Sequence record: MW812341.1
Direction: 5' to 3' (one strand)
Length of the DNA stretch: 64,000 nucleotides
This document shows, one piece after another, positions 63,236-64,000 of the stretch. Numbering within the stretch: position 1 is the stretch's first letter; each line of letters starts with the position of its first letter. The translations under genes were made by a program, and so were the position numbers. The notes under the pieces were generated by a model. It had not been told where the DNA came from. It worked only from the letters and a program-made list of their open reading frames with translations, and did not search any database.

Positions 63236-63931
63236 TTATTGCTTCATGAGTTTCTTTTGTAATTCAGCCAAGTCGGTCTTCATGGGTTGACCGAGCGTTA
63301 TAGAGCCTAGGCCGCATTCTAAGAGGAGCTTGTAACCTGTCAATGGTAAGCTGCTGGTTTCTGTTACACCGCCCAGGAGGTCGGACGTGGCGGCCATGAA
63401 TGGTGTGAGTGGGGTGTAAGGCATGATGTCGTCGTAGACATCATTAGTGTTGTCTTCTAACATCTTACGCACATGGCCGATTTCAATCCATTGTCTATCC
63501 GAACTCTGCCGGAAAACGAACGCGGATTCCATGTGCATCATCATACGCCGACGAACATACACCAGATGATCGCGTAGCGGGTGGTTGTAACTAATCCGGG
63601 GAATAGCTTCGTTCTCTATATAAGCAAAACCCAGTAGTCCTTCAAACTTCTCCAGGTCGCTAATAAGCCGTGCTTTAAAATCCACTTCCCAGGGATGGGT
63701 TAGGTCGAACTGATATTTACCGTACTCAATATAGCTAGGACGAATAGCCCTTTTCAGCGTGCTCTGCTCGTCTGGATATTCGTCGTGGAACTTCACTGTA
63801 TAACGAACCGCTTCGAGGAAACAGACAAACTGTTCGTTGTTGAAATAGATGTCGCCGTATTGCGGATGGTGCATACAGACGCCATCGCGGATAGGCCGCG
63901 CTGAGGTAAACTCGCCGAGTGATGCAGACAT
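63236..63931 (-). CDS. Hypothetical early protein, paralog of 62524..63225
   Basis: LPLTGYKLLLECGLGSITL; 231 aa; AAGGAG RBS. Confidence 0.8.
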   Translation of the reverse strand: MSASLGEFTSARPIRDGVCMHHPQYGDIYFNNEQFVCFLEAVRYTVKFHDEYPDEQSTLKRAIRPSYIEYGKYQFDLTHPWEVDFKARLISDLEKFEGLLGFAYIENEAIPRISYNHPLRDHLVYVRRRMMMHMESAFVFRQSSDRQWIEIGHVRKMLEDNTNDVYDDIMPYTPLTPFMAATSDLLGGVTETSSLPLTGYKLLLECGLGSITLGQPMKTDLAELQKKLMKQ

Positions 63932-63963
63932 TAATTACTCCTTGATAAAATAAGATAGTCATT

Positions 63964-63993
63964 CCCTTAGATAATATCTATCTCAATAAATTT
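63964..63993 (-). promoter_or_regulatory. Putative early promoter
   Basis: Minus strand AAATTTATTGAGATAGATATTATCTAAGGG. Confidence 0.65.
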
Positions 63994-64000
63994 TGAGATG

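Noticed and set aside
733-63962. The many 60-200 aa alternative-frame and + strand ORFs in the track
   Set aside because: They overlap better-supported minus-strand genes that tile the window with RBSs and coupled stops/starts.
1-64000. tRNA, rRNA, introns/inteins, integrase or transposase
   Set aside because: Intergenic gaps are short and explained by terminators and promoter motifs; no cloverleaf or such protein motifs seen by eye. tRNAscan-SE and Infernal were not run.

Overview
A 64-kb segment of a lytic phiKZ/SPN3US-like jumbo phage (Chimalliviridae-type), probably infecting an enterobacterium. The assignment rests on my recognition of protein families; no database search was run. About 87 densely packed CDS are present, all on the minus strand except the portal. 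Layout: (1) 61-16410, a virion/tail paralog block made of three tandem copies of a three-gene cassette plus seven related ~280-aa genes. (2) 16.6-49.9 kb, an accessory region of mostly small genes: stand-alone NAD-ligase Ia-like domain, DUF488-like, QueC-like PP-loop, a degenerate prohead-protease paralog, an HslU-like ATPase with an enlarged insertion and no HslV-docking tail, a 2OG-Fe(II) oxygenase, several GNATs around dam, an XRE regulator, thymidylate kinase, an AXE-processed head protein, DUF6527 and SLOG. (3) 49.9-62.4 kb, a conserved core block: RuvC, virion proteins, portal and a non-virion RNA polymerase beta-N subunit. Non-coding structure comprises many intrinsic terminators (often cUUCGg loops), seven copies of an AT-rich early-promoter-like motif, and a second recurrent upstream motif TTTTTACG-N14-T(A/G)TG. 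I saw no tRNA, rRNA, CRISPR array, integrase or transposase. The most promising leads are the triplicated tail cassette, the rewired HslU, the dead protease paralog, the GNAT-dam array, candidate counter-defence genes (DUF6527, Sequestin-like, SLOG, Nlig-Ia, DUF488/QueC-like) and the second promoter motif.
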